DNA of 32,000 nucleotides from Xanthomonas campestris pv. campestris str. ATCC 33913 (GTDB lineage: Bacteria > Pseudomonadota > Gammaproteobacteria > Xanthomonadales > Xanthomonadaceae), in the NCBI RefSeq assembly GCF_000007145.1, contig NC_003902.1:2366497-2398496 (forward strand), written 5' to 3'. Below, piece after piece: positions 17,201 to 23,038 of the stretch (position 1 is the first letter of the stretch; each line of letters begins with the position of its first letter). The position numbers were made by a program, and so were the translations under genes. A model generated the notes under the pieces. That model worked only from the letters and a program-made list of their open reading frames with translations, was not told the origin of the DNA and made no database searches.

Positions 17201-20129
17201 ATTGGATACCGATCAGGCGCTTGCCATCGCCAATGCCGTGGACCTCACCGGCGCGCTGACCGTGGCCGGCAGCAACGACCTGACCCTGAGTGGCCCGGTT
17301 AGCGGCGCCGGTGGGCTGATCAAGGACGGCACCGCCACGCTCACCCTGGATGGCGCCAACAGCTACACCGGCGGCACCGTCTTGAATGCCGGCACGCTCG
17401 GTGTGGGCAGCAACACGGCGCTGGGCACCGGCAGCCTCTCGGTACTGGGCAATGCGACGTTGAGTAATGCCGTGGCGGTGGCGCTGGGCAACGCGCTCAC
17501 CCTCGGCGCCACGCTCGATGTCGCCAACGCGGCAGATCTGACCCTGGCCGGTGACATCAGCGGCAACGGTGCGCTGGTCAAGTCCGGGACCGGCACGCTG
17601 ACGCTGGATGGCACCAACAGCTACACCGGCGGCACCACGCTCAATGCCGGTACCACGGTGGGCGACAGCGCCAGCCTGCAAGGTGCGATCGTCGACAACG
17701 CGGCGCTGGTGTTCAACCAGACCGCCGATGGCGTGTTCACCGGTTCGATCACTGGCACCGGCTCGGTGACCAAGGACGGCGCGGGCGATCTGCGTTTGAA
17801 TGGCGCCAATGCCTACACCGGCGGCACCACCATCACCGCGGGCACCCTGATCGGCGATACCACCAGCCTGCAAGGCAACATCCTCGACAATGCGGCGCTG
17901 GTCTTCGACCAGGCCGGTGGCGGCGTGTATGCCGGTGTGATCAGCGGCACCGGCAGTGTCGAAAAGACCGGCGCCGGTGCGTTGGTGTTGACCGGCGCCA
18001 ACAGCTACACCGGCGGCACCCTGGTCAGCGCCGGCAGCCTGATCGGCAACACCACCAGCCTGCAGGGCAACGTGGTCGACAACGCCACGTTGGTGTTCGA
18101 CCAGGCCACCGACGGCACCTTCGCCGGCGCCATCAGCGGCACCGGCAACGTGGTCAAGCAAGGCGATGGCGTGCTCACGCTGAGCGGCACCAACAGCTAT
18201 AGCGGCGGCACCACGATTGCCGATGGCACCTTGCAGGGCACCACCAGCAGCCTGCAGGGCAACATCCTGGACAACGCCGTGCTGGTATTCGACCAGGCCG
18301 GTGACGGCACCTTTGCCGGCAACATCGCCGGCAGCGGCACGCTGATCAAGAACGGCACCGGTGCGGTCACGTTGGATGGCGTCAACAGCTATCTCGGCGG
18401 TACCACCATCAATGCCGGCACCCTGATCGGCGACACCGACAGCCTGCAAGGCAACATCCTCAACAACGCAGCGCTGGTGTTCCTGCAGGACGCCAACGGC
18501 ACCTATGCAGGCACCCTGTCGGGCACCGGCACCCTGGTCAAGGACGGCACCGGCACCTTGCTGGTGACCGCCAACAGCGGTGGCTTCACTGGGCCGACCA
18601 CGGTGAGTGGCGGCACCTTGAGCGTGGGCAACCCGGCCAATCCGGGCGCGGCCCTGGGTGGGCCGGTGACGGTGGGCCCGGGCGGCACGCTCACCGGCAG
18701 CGGCACCATCGGTGGGCTGAACCTGTCGGGCACCCTGCTCAGTGGCGGCGACAGCGGCTCGATCACGGTTGGCGGCAATGCCACCTTCAATCCGGGCTCC
18801 ACCTGGCAAGTAACCCCGGGAAGTACCGGCACGGTCACACCGGTCACGGTGGGCGGCACGGCGGTGGTCGCGCCGGGCAGCACCTTGCAACTAGTGCGCG
18901 CGCCGGACCTGCCCCTGTTCGTGGATATTCCGCTGATCAATGCCGGTGGTGGCCTGAGCGGCCAGTTCACCAACATCACCTCCGACTACGCGTTCATTGA
19001 CCCGAATGTCAGCGTGAGTGCCGGCGGGCTGTCGGTGTCGTTTGGGCGCAATACGGTGTCGATGGTCGACATTGCGGTGACGCCGAACGAGCAGGCCAGT
19101 GCCGCAGCTGTGGATGGCCTGCCCACCACCAGCCCGATCTTGCAGGCGGTGCTGCGTTTGCCGGACGCCCCGGAGGCCGTGCGCACTGCATTCGCCTCGC
19201 TGTCCGGCGAAAGCCACGCCACTACCGCGACGGCAATGCTCGATAGCCGCTTCCTGATGAGCGGCATCAGCAGCCATCTGCGTGGCGACAGCCAGGACAC
19301 CCGCGTGGGCGACACCACGGTCTGGATCGCCGGCCGCAGCCGTCCGAACCGGATCGACGGCGACAGCACTGCCAACTCGGTGCGGCGCGAAGACGATGGC
19401 GTGATGGCCGGTGCCGAACGTCGCATCGGCGAGCGCAGCCTGATCGGCGTCGCGGTGGGTAACCAGGACCTGGAAAGCTGGTCGCGTGCCAACGATGATC
19501 GTGCCGATATCGATGCCACGCATGTCGGCGTGTACGCGCAGGCCGACTGGTCCGCTTTCACCCTGCAGGGTGGGGTGGACTATGCGGACTATCGTGTCGA
19601 CAGTACCCGCCGCGTGATTCTGCCCGGCGTGATGGAAGAACGTCTGAGCAGCGAGTACGACGCCACGGCCACCACGGTCTCGCTGGAAGCGGCCTGGAAC
19701 CTGCATGCAGGGACCGCGGTGTACAGCCCGTTCGTCGCGGCGGCCTACACGCATCTGAAGACCGACGGTTTCAGCGAGCGTGGCGGCATTGCCGGGCTGT
19801 CGGTGGACAGCGCCAAGGACGAGTACACCACCAGTACGGTGGGTGTGCGCGGCCGTTGGGAGCTGGGCCACCAGGCCGGTCTTTACGCATCGGTAGGTTG
19901 GCGGCATGCCTATGGCGACCGCCAGGTGCAGCGCTCGGCGGGCTTCATCGGCGCGGGCACCAGCTTCTCGGTGCACAGCGTGACCCTGGCCAAGAATGCG
20001 GTGGTGGGCGAAGTGGGCGTGAGTCTGATCACCTCGCCGAGCAGCCGCATGGCGTTGTCGCTGCAAGGCCTCAATGGCGATGGCCAGACCGCGTATGGCG
20101 GGCAGGTGACCTGGGGTTGGAGCTTCTGA
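8286..20129 (+). CDS. giant classical (type Va) autotransporter, 3,947 aa, PATR-repeat passenger; probable adhesin (YapH-like)
   Basis: Uninterrupted ORF. ATG 8286 has AGGAGA 5 nt upstream. It has an ESPR-type extended signal peptide, MNRAFALVWNAAIGNWVVTHELVRRRRK...AWGA. There are dozens of G.G.LTKTG.GTLTL.G.NTYTGGTTL.AGTL.VG (autotransporter-associated beta-strand, PATR) units. The C-terminal roughly 350 aa form a linker plus beta-barrel ending ...GQVTWGWSF with a terminal aromatic residue. Confidence 0.95.
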   Translation: MNRAFALVWNAAIGNWVVTHELVRRRRKSGATRRNLPSMVILALGAAAPTLAWGACTPALPAAGQTVTCTGLPITSNAFSSNASNLTVNVAPGTQMTAGLLGGTAIALGGTNSTLNNSGTIDPSVLGLLSVLSTGVTMGNASSTQVTVNNLATGTIYGSGGLLGANLLNLDGMALGITAAPAGVVQINNAGTISSRPLLNLSVLGSDTPVIAVSGGATVNAVNSGTIEGRVGFQSSATGNTFINSGAINGSVSMGANSINSFTAVTGSSVNSAGGIGVALLGPGGLLSFAATGTVDGGAGGTNTLILQNSATGTGSGTAGTAALSTSQYINFGSLRVNSGTWTLGGATNFSNTALNGGVAQFANPALFGTNITANGGAIEATAANLTLSPTGGIALTGTGLTVQGANALTIGSALTGTGALTKTGIGAVTLTGANTYSGGTTLAAGSLTLGNNTALGTGTVTAAGGTLSGTTALNLANAFTLTDSLTIGGTNAVRLGGAVSGGGGFVKTGTNTLTLGGTNTYTGGTTLNAGTVVLENAAALGTGVVTAGGGALDTIAPLSLANSVLLNSTLGVGATGNALSLTGVLSGTGGITKTGTGTLALTNANTYTGATTLAGGTLQVGNAAALGGSTLNVTAASTLSSSIALALGNAVSLAGPLTVSGAQALTLGGAIGGTGSLLKSGTGDLTLTGTNSYTGGTTLSSGRLLVGTGSALGTGTLTASGGELAATAPTTLTNAVALTGALGVGGNGTALTLSGTVSGTGSVNKLGTGTLTLGGLNTYTGGTTLGSGTLQVGSATALGGGALNVTGNAALQSTAATTLGNAVNLSAGALTFDGTQALSLTGTVSGTGSLVKSGTGDLSLSGNNVFTGGTTLSAGRLTVGSNTALGSGTLTAAAGSTLDSAVVSTLANAIALTGVGAVNVGGANALTLSGDISGVSSLNKVGTASLSLTGNNTYTGGTRLSAGSLLVGSDTALGTGALTAAGGVLDNTAPVSLSNAVVLEQNLALSGNQDLALGGSVSGTGALIKNGNAALSLTGTNNFTGGVTLNAGTLLINSGAALGTGVLTAADATRLDTTAAASVGNNVALLGALTVGGSNALDLTGTVSGTGSLIKEGVGALTLTSNNVYSGGTQLTAGSLVVGADAALGTGALTTADGTALSASTAVTLQNGIALGGALSIDGQPLTLNGVVSGAGSLIKNGTNALTLNGNNTWAGGLQLQAGSVLVGSDTALGLGTLTAAAGTTLDATTAATLGNAVAVDGALTIGGTQDLTLNGVVSGAGSLDKQGTATLTLGTANTFTGGTTLGAGRLVLGNEAALGTGQLTIAGVAELDTAAATNLANAVQLNAQLTLAGSNDLSLNGAITGTGGLLKNGTGTLSLTTTNSYSGGTTLTGGTLAVGADGALGTGSLSVVGDAVLSNAIAVALGNDITLDAALTVDTVGDLLATGNISGTGGLTKTGAGILTLDGSNSYTGPLAVQAGALVANTAAALGNASTVDVGAGALLSLTGGGLINSLGGAGNVDVGAGSTLQVGAGSFAGSLIGNGNLDKIGTGTLSLLGDNGVAGSTSVSGGTLDVAGSLTSSTLNVALGGTLRGAGAVTGPVTIADGGRLAITSGSTLSVGGLSLASGAFIDASLAAPSATRLLAVNGNLTLDGTLNITDIGGFGTGVYRLMDYTGLLTNNALLLGTIPGSVDISQLALQTAIGQQINLVVTAPGSIVQFWDGAQTVANGSVDGGSGIWGAASNWTGQDGTANSTWQGDFAVFSGTAGTVGVQGAQAVGGLQFVADGYQLTDAGAGSLSITTPLTAVRVDPNATATLDVGISGAGGLEKVDTGTLVLDAANSYTGGTTLSGGTLVLGDAQALGSGALTTANGTTLDTNQALAVGNAVVLNGALNLAGSNDLALNGAITGAGSLVKNGTTTLTLDGANSYAGGTVLNAGTLALGSNTALGTGSLSVIGNSTLSNAIALALTNNLTLGAGLTVDTAADLSLSGVLTGAGGLTKTGLGALTLAGSNSLSGPLSVQTGVVATTAPGALTGVGAVDVAAGAGLQLGSNTALGALTGLGNVAILGGSTLQVGNTNVTGTFGGSLSDAGNLEKVGTGVFQLTGTSSIGGTTLVSAGTLDVDGTLASAGGLTVANGGALSGSGVVDAAVTVADGGRVVVSSGALLTTGTLSLAPNATIDAFLGIPSQTGVLAVNGDLTLDGTLNITDIGGFGNGVYRLIDYTGGLSDNGLAFGTIPGSVDPTQLALQTALAQQVNVVVSAPGSNVQFWDGAQTVGNAQIEGGTGTWTAGATNWTGIDGLTNTDWQNSFAVFAGTAGNVGVQGTQGITGMQFATDGYVLTDAGAGALSANAATTIVRVDPGVTGTIDVTIGGTGTLQKLDTGTLILGAANTYTGGTALGGGTLVLGDAQALGTGTLTAAGGTTLDADQALAIANAVDLTGALTVGGSNDLASSGAITGAGSLIKNGTTTLTLDGANTYAGGTVLNAGTLAVGNNTALGGGSLDVIGTSTLSNAVSVALGNAVTLNANLAVANAADLSLSGAISGAGGLTKSGTGTLTLSGANSFSGPLAVQAGVLATTAAGTLGTTSTADVAAGASLSLGGNAALATLTGAGTVAITGGNTLQLGANAASGSFGGTLNDAGNLQKVGTGTLQLTGTSALGGTMQISGGTLDVDGTFGSAGGLTVATGATLTGSGNVVGAVGVADGGRLGVTSGSTLSTGSLTLASGASLDALLGVPSDTRVLAVNGDLTLDGTLNITDIGGFGNGVYRLIDYTGGLTDNGLAFGTIPGSVDPTQLALQTALAQQVNVVVSAPGSNVQFWDGAQTVGNAQIEGGTGTWTAGATNWTGIDGLTNTDWQNSFAVFAGTAGNVGVQGTQGITGMQFATDGYVLTDAGAGALSANAATTIVRVDPGVTGTIDVTIGGTGTLQKVDTGTLILGAANTYTGGTALGGGTLVLGDAQALGTGTLTAATGTTLDTDQALAIANAVDLTGALTVAGSNDLTLSGPVSGAGGLIKDGTATLTLDGANSYTGGTVLNAGTLGVGSNTALGTGSLSVLGNATLSNAVAVALGNALTLGATLDVANAADLTLAGDISGNGALVKSGTGTLTLDGTNSYTGGTTLNAGTTVGDSASLQGAIVDNAALVFNQTADGVFTGSITGTGSVTKDGAGDLRLNGANAYTGGTTITAGTLIGDTTSLQGNILDNAALVFDQAGGGVYAGVISGTGSVEKTGAGALVLTGANSYTGGTLVSAGSLIGNTTSLQGNVVDNATLVFDQATDGTFAGAISGTGNVVKQGDGVLTLSGTNSYSGGTTIADGTLQGTTSSLQGNILDNAVLVFDQAGDGTFAGNIAGSGTLIKNGTGAVTLDGVNSYLGGTTINAGTLIGDTDSLQGNILNNAALVFLQDANGTYAGTLSGTGTLVKDGTGTLLVTANSGGFTGPTTVSGGTLSVGNPANPGAALGGPVTVGPGGTLTGSGTIGGLNLSGTLLSGGDSGSITVGGNATFNPGSTWQVTPGSTGTVTPVTVGGTAVVAPGSTLQLVRAPDLPLFVDIPLINAGGGLSGQFTNITSDYAFIDPNVSVSAGGLSVSFGRNTVSMVDIAVTPNEQASAAAVDGLPTTSPILQAVLRLPDAPEAVRTAFASLSGESHATTATAMLDSRFLMSGISSHLRGDSQDTRVGDTTVWIAGRSRPNRIDGDSTANSVRREDDGVMAGAERRIGERSLIGVAVGNQDLESWSRANDDRADIDATHVGVYAQADWSAFTLQGGVDYADYRVDSTRRVILPGVMEERLSSEYDATATTVSLEAAWNLHAGTAVYSPFVAAAYTHLKTDGFSERGGIAGLSVDSAKDEYTTSTVGVRGRWELGHQAGLYASVGWRHAYGDRQVQRSAGFIGAGTSFSVHSVTLAKNAVVGEVGVSLITSPSSRMALSLQGLNGDGQTAYGGQVTWGWSF
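9546..12641 (+). repeat. 12 tandem coding repeats of about 258 nt (86 aa) within the passenger
   Basis: Equivalent Leu codons of the G.G.L.K.G motif at 9546 and 12642 are exactly 3,096 nt (12 x 258) apart. Each unit is a PATR pair. The units are diverged at nucleotide level. Confidence 0.85.
12642..17573 (+). repeat. 3 tandem super-repeats of 1,632 / 1,650 / 1,650 nt (about 550 aa each)
   Basis: Anchor Leu codons lie at 12642, 14274, 15924 and 17574. Units 2 and 3 are near-identical over part of their length (14851-15410 vs 16501-17060). Unit 1 is clearly homologous but diverged. Confidence 0.9.
17574..18533 (+). repeat. 5 tandem coding repeats of 192 nt (64 aa)
   Basis: Consensus G.G.L.L.G.N.YTGGT.I.AGTLIGDT.SLQGNI.DNAALVFDQ...G.FAG.ISGTG.V.K. 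Exactly 960 nt separate the anchors at 17574 and 18534. Confidence 0.9.
19080..20126 (+). other. autotransporter linker plus beta-barrel translocator domain of the giant protein
   Basis: Begins about TPNEQASAAAVDGL...AFASLSGESHA. Alternating amphipathic beta-strand pattern. Ends in WGWSF. Confidence 0.8.
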
Positions 20130-20158
20130 TCCTGTCGCGGTTGCAGTGTTGAAACAGC

Positions 20159-20190
20159 AAAGGCCCCGGCAATGCCGGGGCCTTTTGTTT
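20159..20190. terminator. bidirectional rho-independent terminator shared by the two convergent autotransporter genes
   Basis: AAAGGCCCCGGC-AAT-GCCGGGGCCTTTTGTTT: a 9-bp GC stem flanked by an A-run and a T-run. It lies 30 nt after the plus-strand stop (20129) and 23 nt after the minus-strand stop (20213). Confidence 0.8.
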
Positions 20191-20212
20191 GTCACCAGTG
20201 ACCCGGCGTGCC

Positions 20213-23038
20213 TCAGAACTGCCAGCGCAGGCCGACATTGGCATTGACGCTGCTGGCATCGGAACTGCCACGCTCGGCACCCACATTGCCGTACAGCGAG
20301 AACGTGTCGCTGACGCTGTAGCGCACGCCGACCGATGCACGCAGCGCTTCCTTGGACAGCGGCTCACCGGCAACGGTGAACCGCGCCTCGGGCAGGCCGG
20401 TGAACCAGGCGGTGAAGTCGGCGCGGTTGTCGCCAAACAGCGAGCGATAGGCAACCAGGCCGTCGAAGCCCCACTTGCCATGCGCCAAGTGACCGCGCAC
20501 GCCCACTTCGCCGTAACCGGCACGCAGCGTGTCGCTGGCTGCGCTCAGGCCCAGGCCGGTGACCGATGCTTCGCTGAAGGCGTCCTGGGTCTGGCTGACC
20601 ACACCGGCGGCCACGAACGGTGACAGCCCGGCGCGCGGCAACAAGCCCAGTTCGGTGCGCAGCGACCAGTTGGTGTCGTGGCGACGATCCTGCAGGCGCT
20701 CGCCGATGCTGCCGGCCTGCACGCTGCGTTCGGTTTCCACGCTGCCCATGCCGTATGAGCCAATCGCCGAGAGATATGCCATGCCGACCGGCTGGTACAG
20801 GTAGGCGGTCATCGCGTAGCGGTCGGCGCGCAGGCGGCTGGCCGAGGCGCTGATGGTGCCGCGGTCTTCGCCCGAGGTGAGCGCTGCACCCGCGATGGTG
20901 CCGGCGCCGCCCAGCGGCATGTCGAAGCCCACGGTGGTTGCGCGCTGGGTGTAATCGGCCGACGCGTAGCCGGCGCGGCTCAGGTCACCGTCGAGGTAGC
21001 TGCCCTGCATCCAGGTGGTCAGCGTGGTGGTGCTGGCCAGCAGCGGCAGGCGATCTGCCGCCACACGTGCATCGTTGAGCGCGGACTGGAACCCGAGCGT
21101 GCGTTCGATGCCGTGGACCTGGCCCACCAGCGTCGGCAGCGAGCTGGCGACCTGCGCATCGGTGGCCAGTAGCAGCGCGCCGGTCGCGGTGATGACGCCG
21201 CCCAGGTTTGCGGTGTCGCCGGACGCCACGCGGGTATCCAGGGCTTTGACCAGGCTGTCGGCCTGACGGGCGCCGGCCACCACCGACTGCGACGCACCGG
21301 CAGCCTGTGCGCTGGCGGCAGCGGCATTGCGGGTGAGCGTGGCGGTGACGCTGGTGGGGTCATAGGCCAGCGCGGCGGTCCAGAAGAAGTTGTTGGCGTA
21401 CTGCACGCGGTCGAAGGTGCCCTGCAGGGCGCCGGCACGAACGATGCGCTCGCTGCCGGCAACCGTGTAGCCCGCCGCTTCCGGCAGCAACAACAGGTTG
21501 CCTTTCAGGCTGGCCTGGCCGGTCACGGTCAGGCCCTTGCCCAGTTCGATCGCGGTGGTGCCGGTGCTGTTGACCAGGCTGTAGTTGCCGTTGATGGTGC
21601 CGCCGCGCGATTCAAACGTGGCCGAATTGAGCACCAGCACGTCGGAGCGCACGCTGCCCGACAAGGCCAGCACGCCGTCGCTGATGCTGGTGCCGCCGGC
21701 GTAGCTGTTGTTGCCGCTCAGGGTGAGTCTGCCGGCGCCGTTCTTGGTCAGGTTGCCGCTGCCGGAGATGTCGTTGCTGAAGGTGCTGTCGTAGCCGGAG
21801 GTCACGTTTGCCGCCCAGTTGCTGGCGAACTGGCCCGGGCCCTTGATCGCCTTGGCGGCATTGACCATGCCCCAACCGTACAACGCGTCGACGCCGGGAT
21901 CGCCCAGGTCGGTGGCGGTGGTCAGCAGGGTCTGCTGCAGGTTGGAAGCGCTCATCCAGGGATACACGCCGAGTACCTGCGCGGCCACGCCGCTGACAGC
22001 GGCAGTGGAGAACGAGGTGCCGGCGATCTGGCCCTGCAACTCGGTGCCGGCCAGGGCCGGGGCGGCGTACATGCCCGGTGCCACCAGGCACCACTGCGCA
22101 GCGGACCCGCAATGATTGGAATAGCTGCTCAGCCCGGCCGGGTTGCCGGCGCTGTCGATCTCCACCGCGCCCACGGCCAGCCAGTTGTTGCGCAGGCTGG
22201 CTTCCTGCACCGGCGCTGCGGCCGGGTAGGAGGCTTCAGCGGCGCCATCGTTGCCGGTGGAGGCCACGATCAAGGCATCTGCCTGCACTAGCGGGGTCAG
22301 CGCGAAGCGCCAAGCCAGTGCCGCATTGGCGCTGCTGGCCGCATCGGCGTACGAGGCGCCGATCGACAGGTTGGCGATCCGGACACCGGCCGCAGCCATG
22401 TCCACTGCGGCGCGACGCGCCTGCTGGGTGCCACAGGAATTCTCGGCGCAGATGCGGCCGTAGATCAGGTCGGCATCTGGCGCGACACCGCCAGCGAAGC
22501 CGTCCTGCGCCGAACCCAGCACCAGTGCAGACACCACGCTGCCGTGGCCCCGCAACCGATTGGACGTGGATTCCGCTGCGCCGGGGACGGCGGTGTAATC
22601 GGTAAACGCGTCGACCTTGCCAGCGACCGGCGCGTAGGTCTGCACCAGGTTGTCGTCCATCACGCCGATCTTGACGCCTTGGCCCCTGGCACCGGCCTGC
22701 TGGGCCAGATCCGCATTGGTGGGCACCAGCAGATTGCTGGCCAGGCCCTGGTAGCGCGGGGGGGCGACCGGCACCGGTGCAGTTTTCGGCAGCGGATCGG
22801 CAGTTGGGGGAGGGGCGGGAGCGGGAGCGGGAGCGGGAGAAGGCGTTGGAGCAGGCGTTGGAGCAGGCGTTGGCGCAGGCGTCGGGGCCGGTGCGGGGGT
22901 CGGATCGGTGATCGGCGCCGGCACCACCGTGGTGGTCGGTGGCGGGTCGTTGCGGACATTGCCGCCACCACCGCCGCCGCCACAGGCAGTCAGGACAAGG
23001 CAGGAGGAGATCGTCGTTGCGAGGAGCGAGCGTTTCAT
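20213..23038 (-). CDS. lipoprotein subtilisin-family (S8) serine protease autotransporter (SphB1/NalP-like)
   Basis: 941 aa from ATG 23038 ([19 protein letters not shown], lipobox LTAC). Gly7 and Pro/Ala/Thr-rich tracts directly follow the Cys. The S8 triad motifs are present: [10 protein letters not shown] (Asp), [10 protein letters not shown] (His), [11 protein letters not shown] (Ser). There is one PATR unit ([27 protein letters not shown]). The C-terminal beta-barrel ends in VGLRWQF. Confidence 0.9.
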   Translation of the reverse strand: MKRSLLATTISSCLVLTACGGGGGGGNVRNDPPPTTTVVPAPITDPTPAPAPTPAPTPAPTPAPTPSPAPAPAPAPPPTADPLPKTAPVPVAPPRYQGLASNLLVPTNADLAQQAGARGQGVKIGVMDDNLVQTYAPVAGKVDAFTDYTAVPGAAESTSNRLRGHGSVVSALVLGSAQDGFAGGVAPDADLIYGRICAENSCGTQQARRAAVDMAAAGVRIANLSIGASYADAASSANAALAWRFALTPLVQADALIVASTGNDGAAEASYPAAAPVQEASLRNNWLAVGAVEIDSAGNPAGLSSYSNHCGSAAQWCLVAPGMYAAPALAGTELQGQIAGTSFSTAAVSGVAAQVLGVYPWMSASNLQQTLLTTATDLGDPGVDALYGWGMVNAAKAIKGPGQFASNWAANVTSGYDSTFSNDISGSGNLTKNGAGRLTLSGNNSYAGGTSISDGVLALSGSVRSDVLVLNSATFESRGGTINGNYSLVNSTGTTAIELGKGLTVTGQASLKGNLLLLPEAAGYTVAGSERIVRAGALQGTFDRVQYANNFFWTAALAYDPTSVTATLTRNAAAASAQAAGASQSVVAGARQADSLVKALDTRVASGDTANLGGVITATGALLLATDAQVASSLPTLVGQVHGIERTLGFQSALNDARVAADRLPLLASTTTLTTWMQGSYLDGDLSRAGYASADYTQRATTVGFDMPLGGAGTIAGAALTSGEDRGTISASASRLRADRYAMTAYLYQPVGMAYLSAIGSYGMGSVETERSVQAGSIGERLQDRRHDTNWSLRTELGLLPRAGLSPFVAAGVVSQTQDAFSEASVTGLGLSAASDTLRAGYGEVGVRGHLAHGKWGFDGLVAYRSLFGDNRADFTAWFTGLPEARFTVAGEPLSKEALRASVGVRYSVSDTFSLYGNVGAERGSSDASSVNANVGLRWQF
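22816..22888 (-). repeat. in-frame micro/minisatellite encoding the (PA)n / (PAPT)n linker of the protease
   Basis: On the plus strand, GCGGGA x4 (22816-22839) is followed by a 12-mer AGGCGTTGGAGC-type unit x4 (22841-22888, the last two copies slightly diverged). Confidence 0.8.

Noticed and set aside
17621-18385. Strikingly periodic series of 62-aa antisense ORFs, each separated by a single stop, at 17621, 17813, 18005 and 18197. A similar 84-aa series lies at 9593-10360.
   Set aside because: The period (192 nt, or about 258 nt) is exactly that of the sense-strand coding repeats. The antisense stop comes from the recurring sense codons AGC-TAC/TAT (N-S-Y-T/S-G-G). This is a mirror artefact, not a gene family.
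9546-18533. Regular repeat spacing that could superficially suggest a CRISPR-like or satellite array.
   Set aside because: The repeats are contiguous with no unique spacers. They are in frame, diverged mainly at synonymous or conservative positions, and encode PATR beta-helix units within one ORF.
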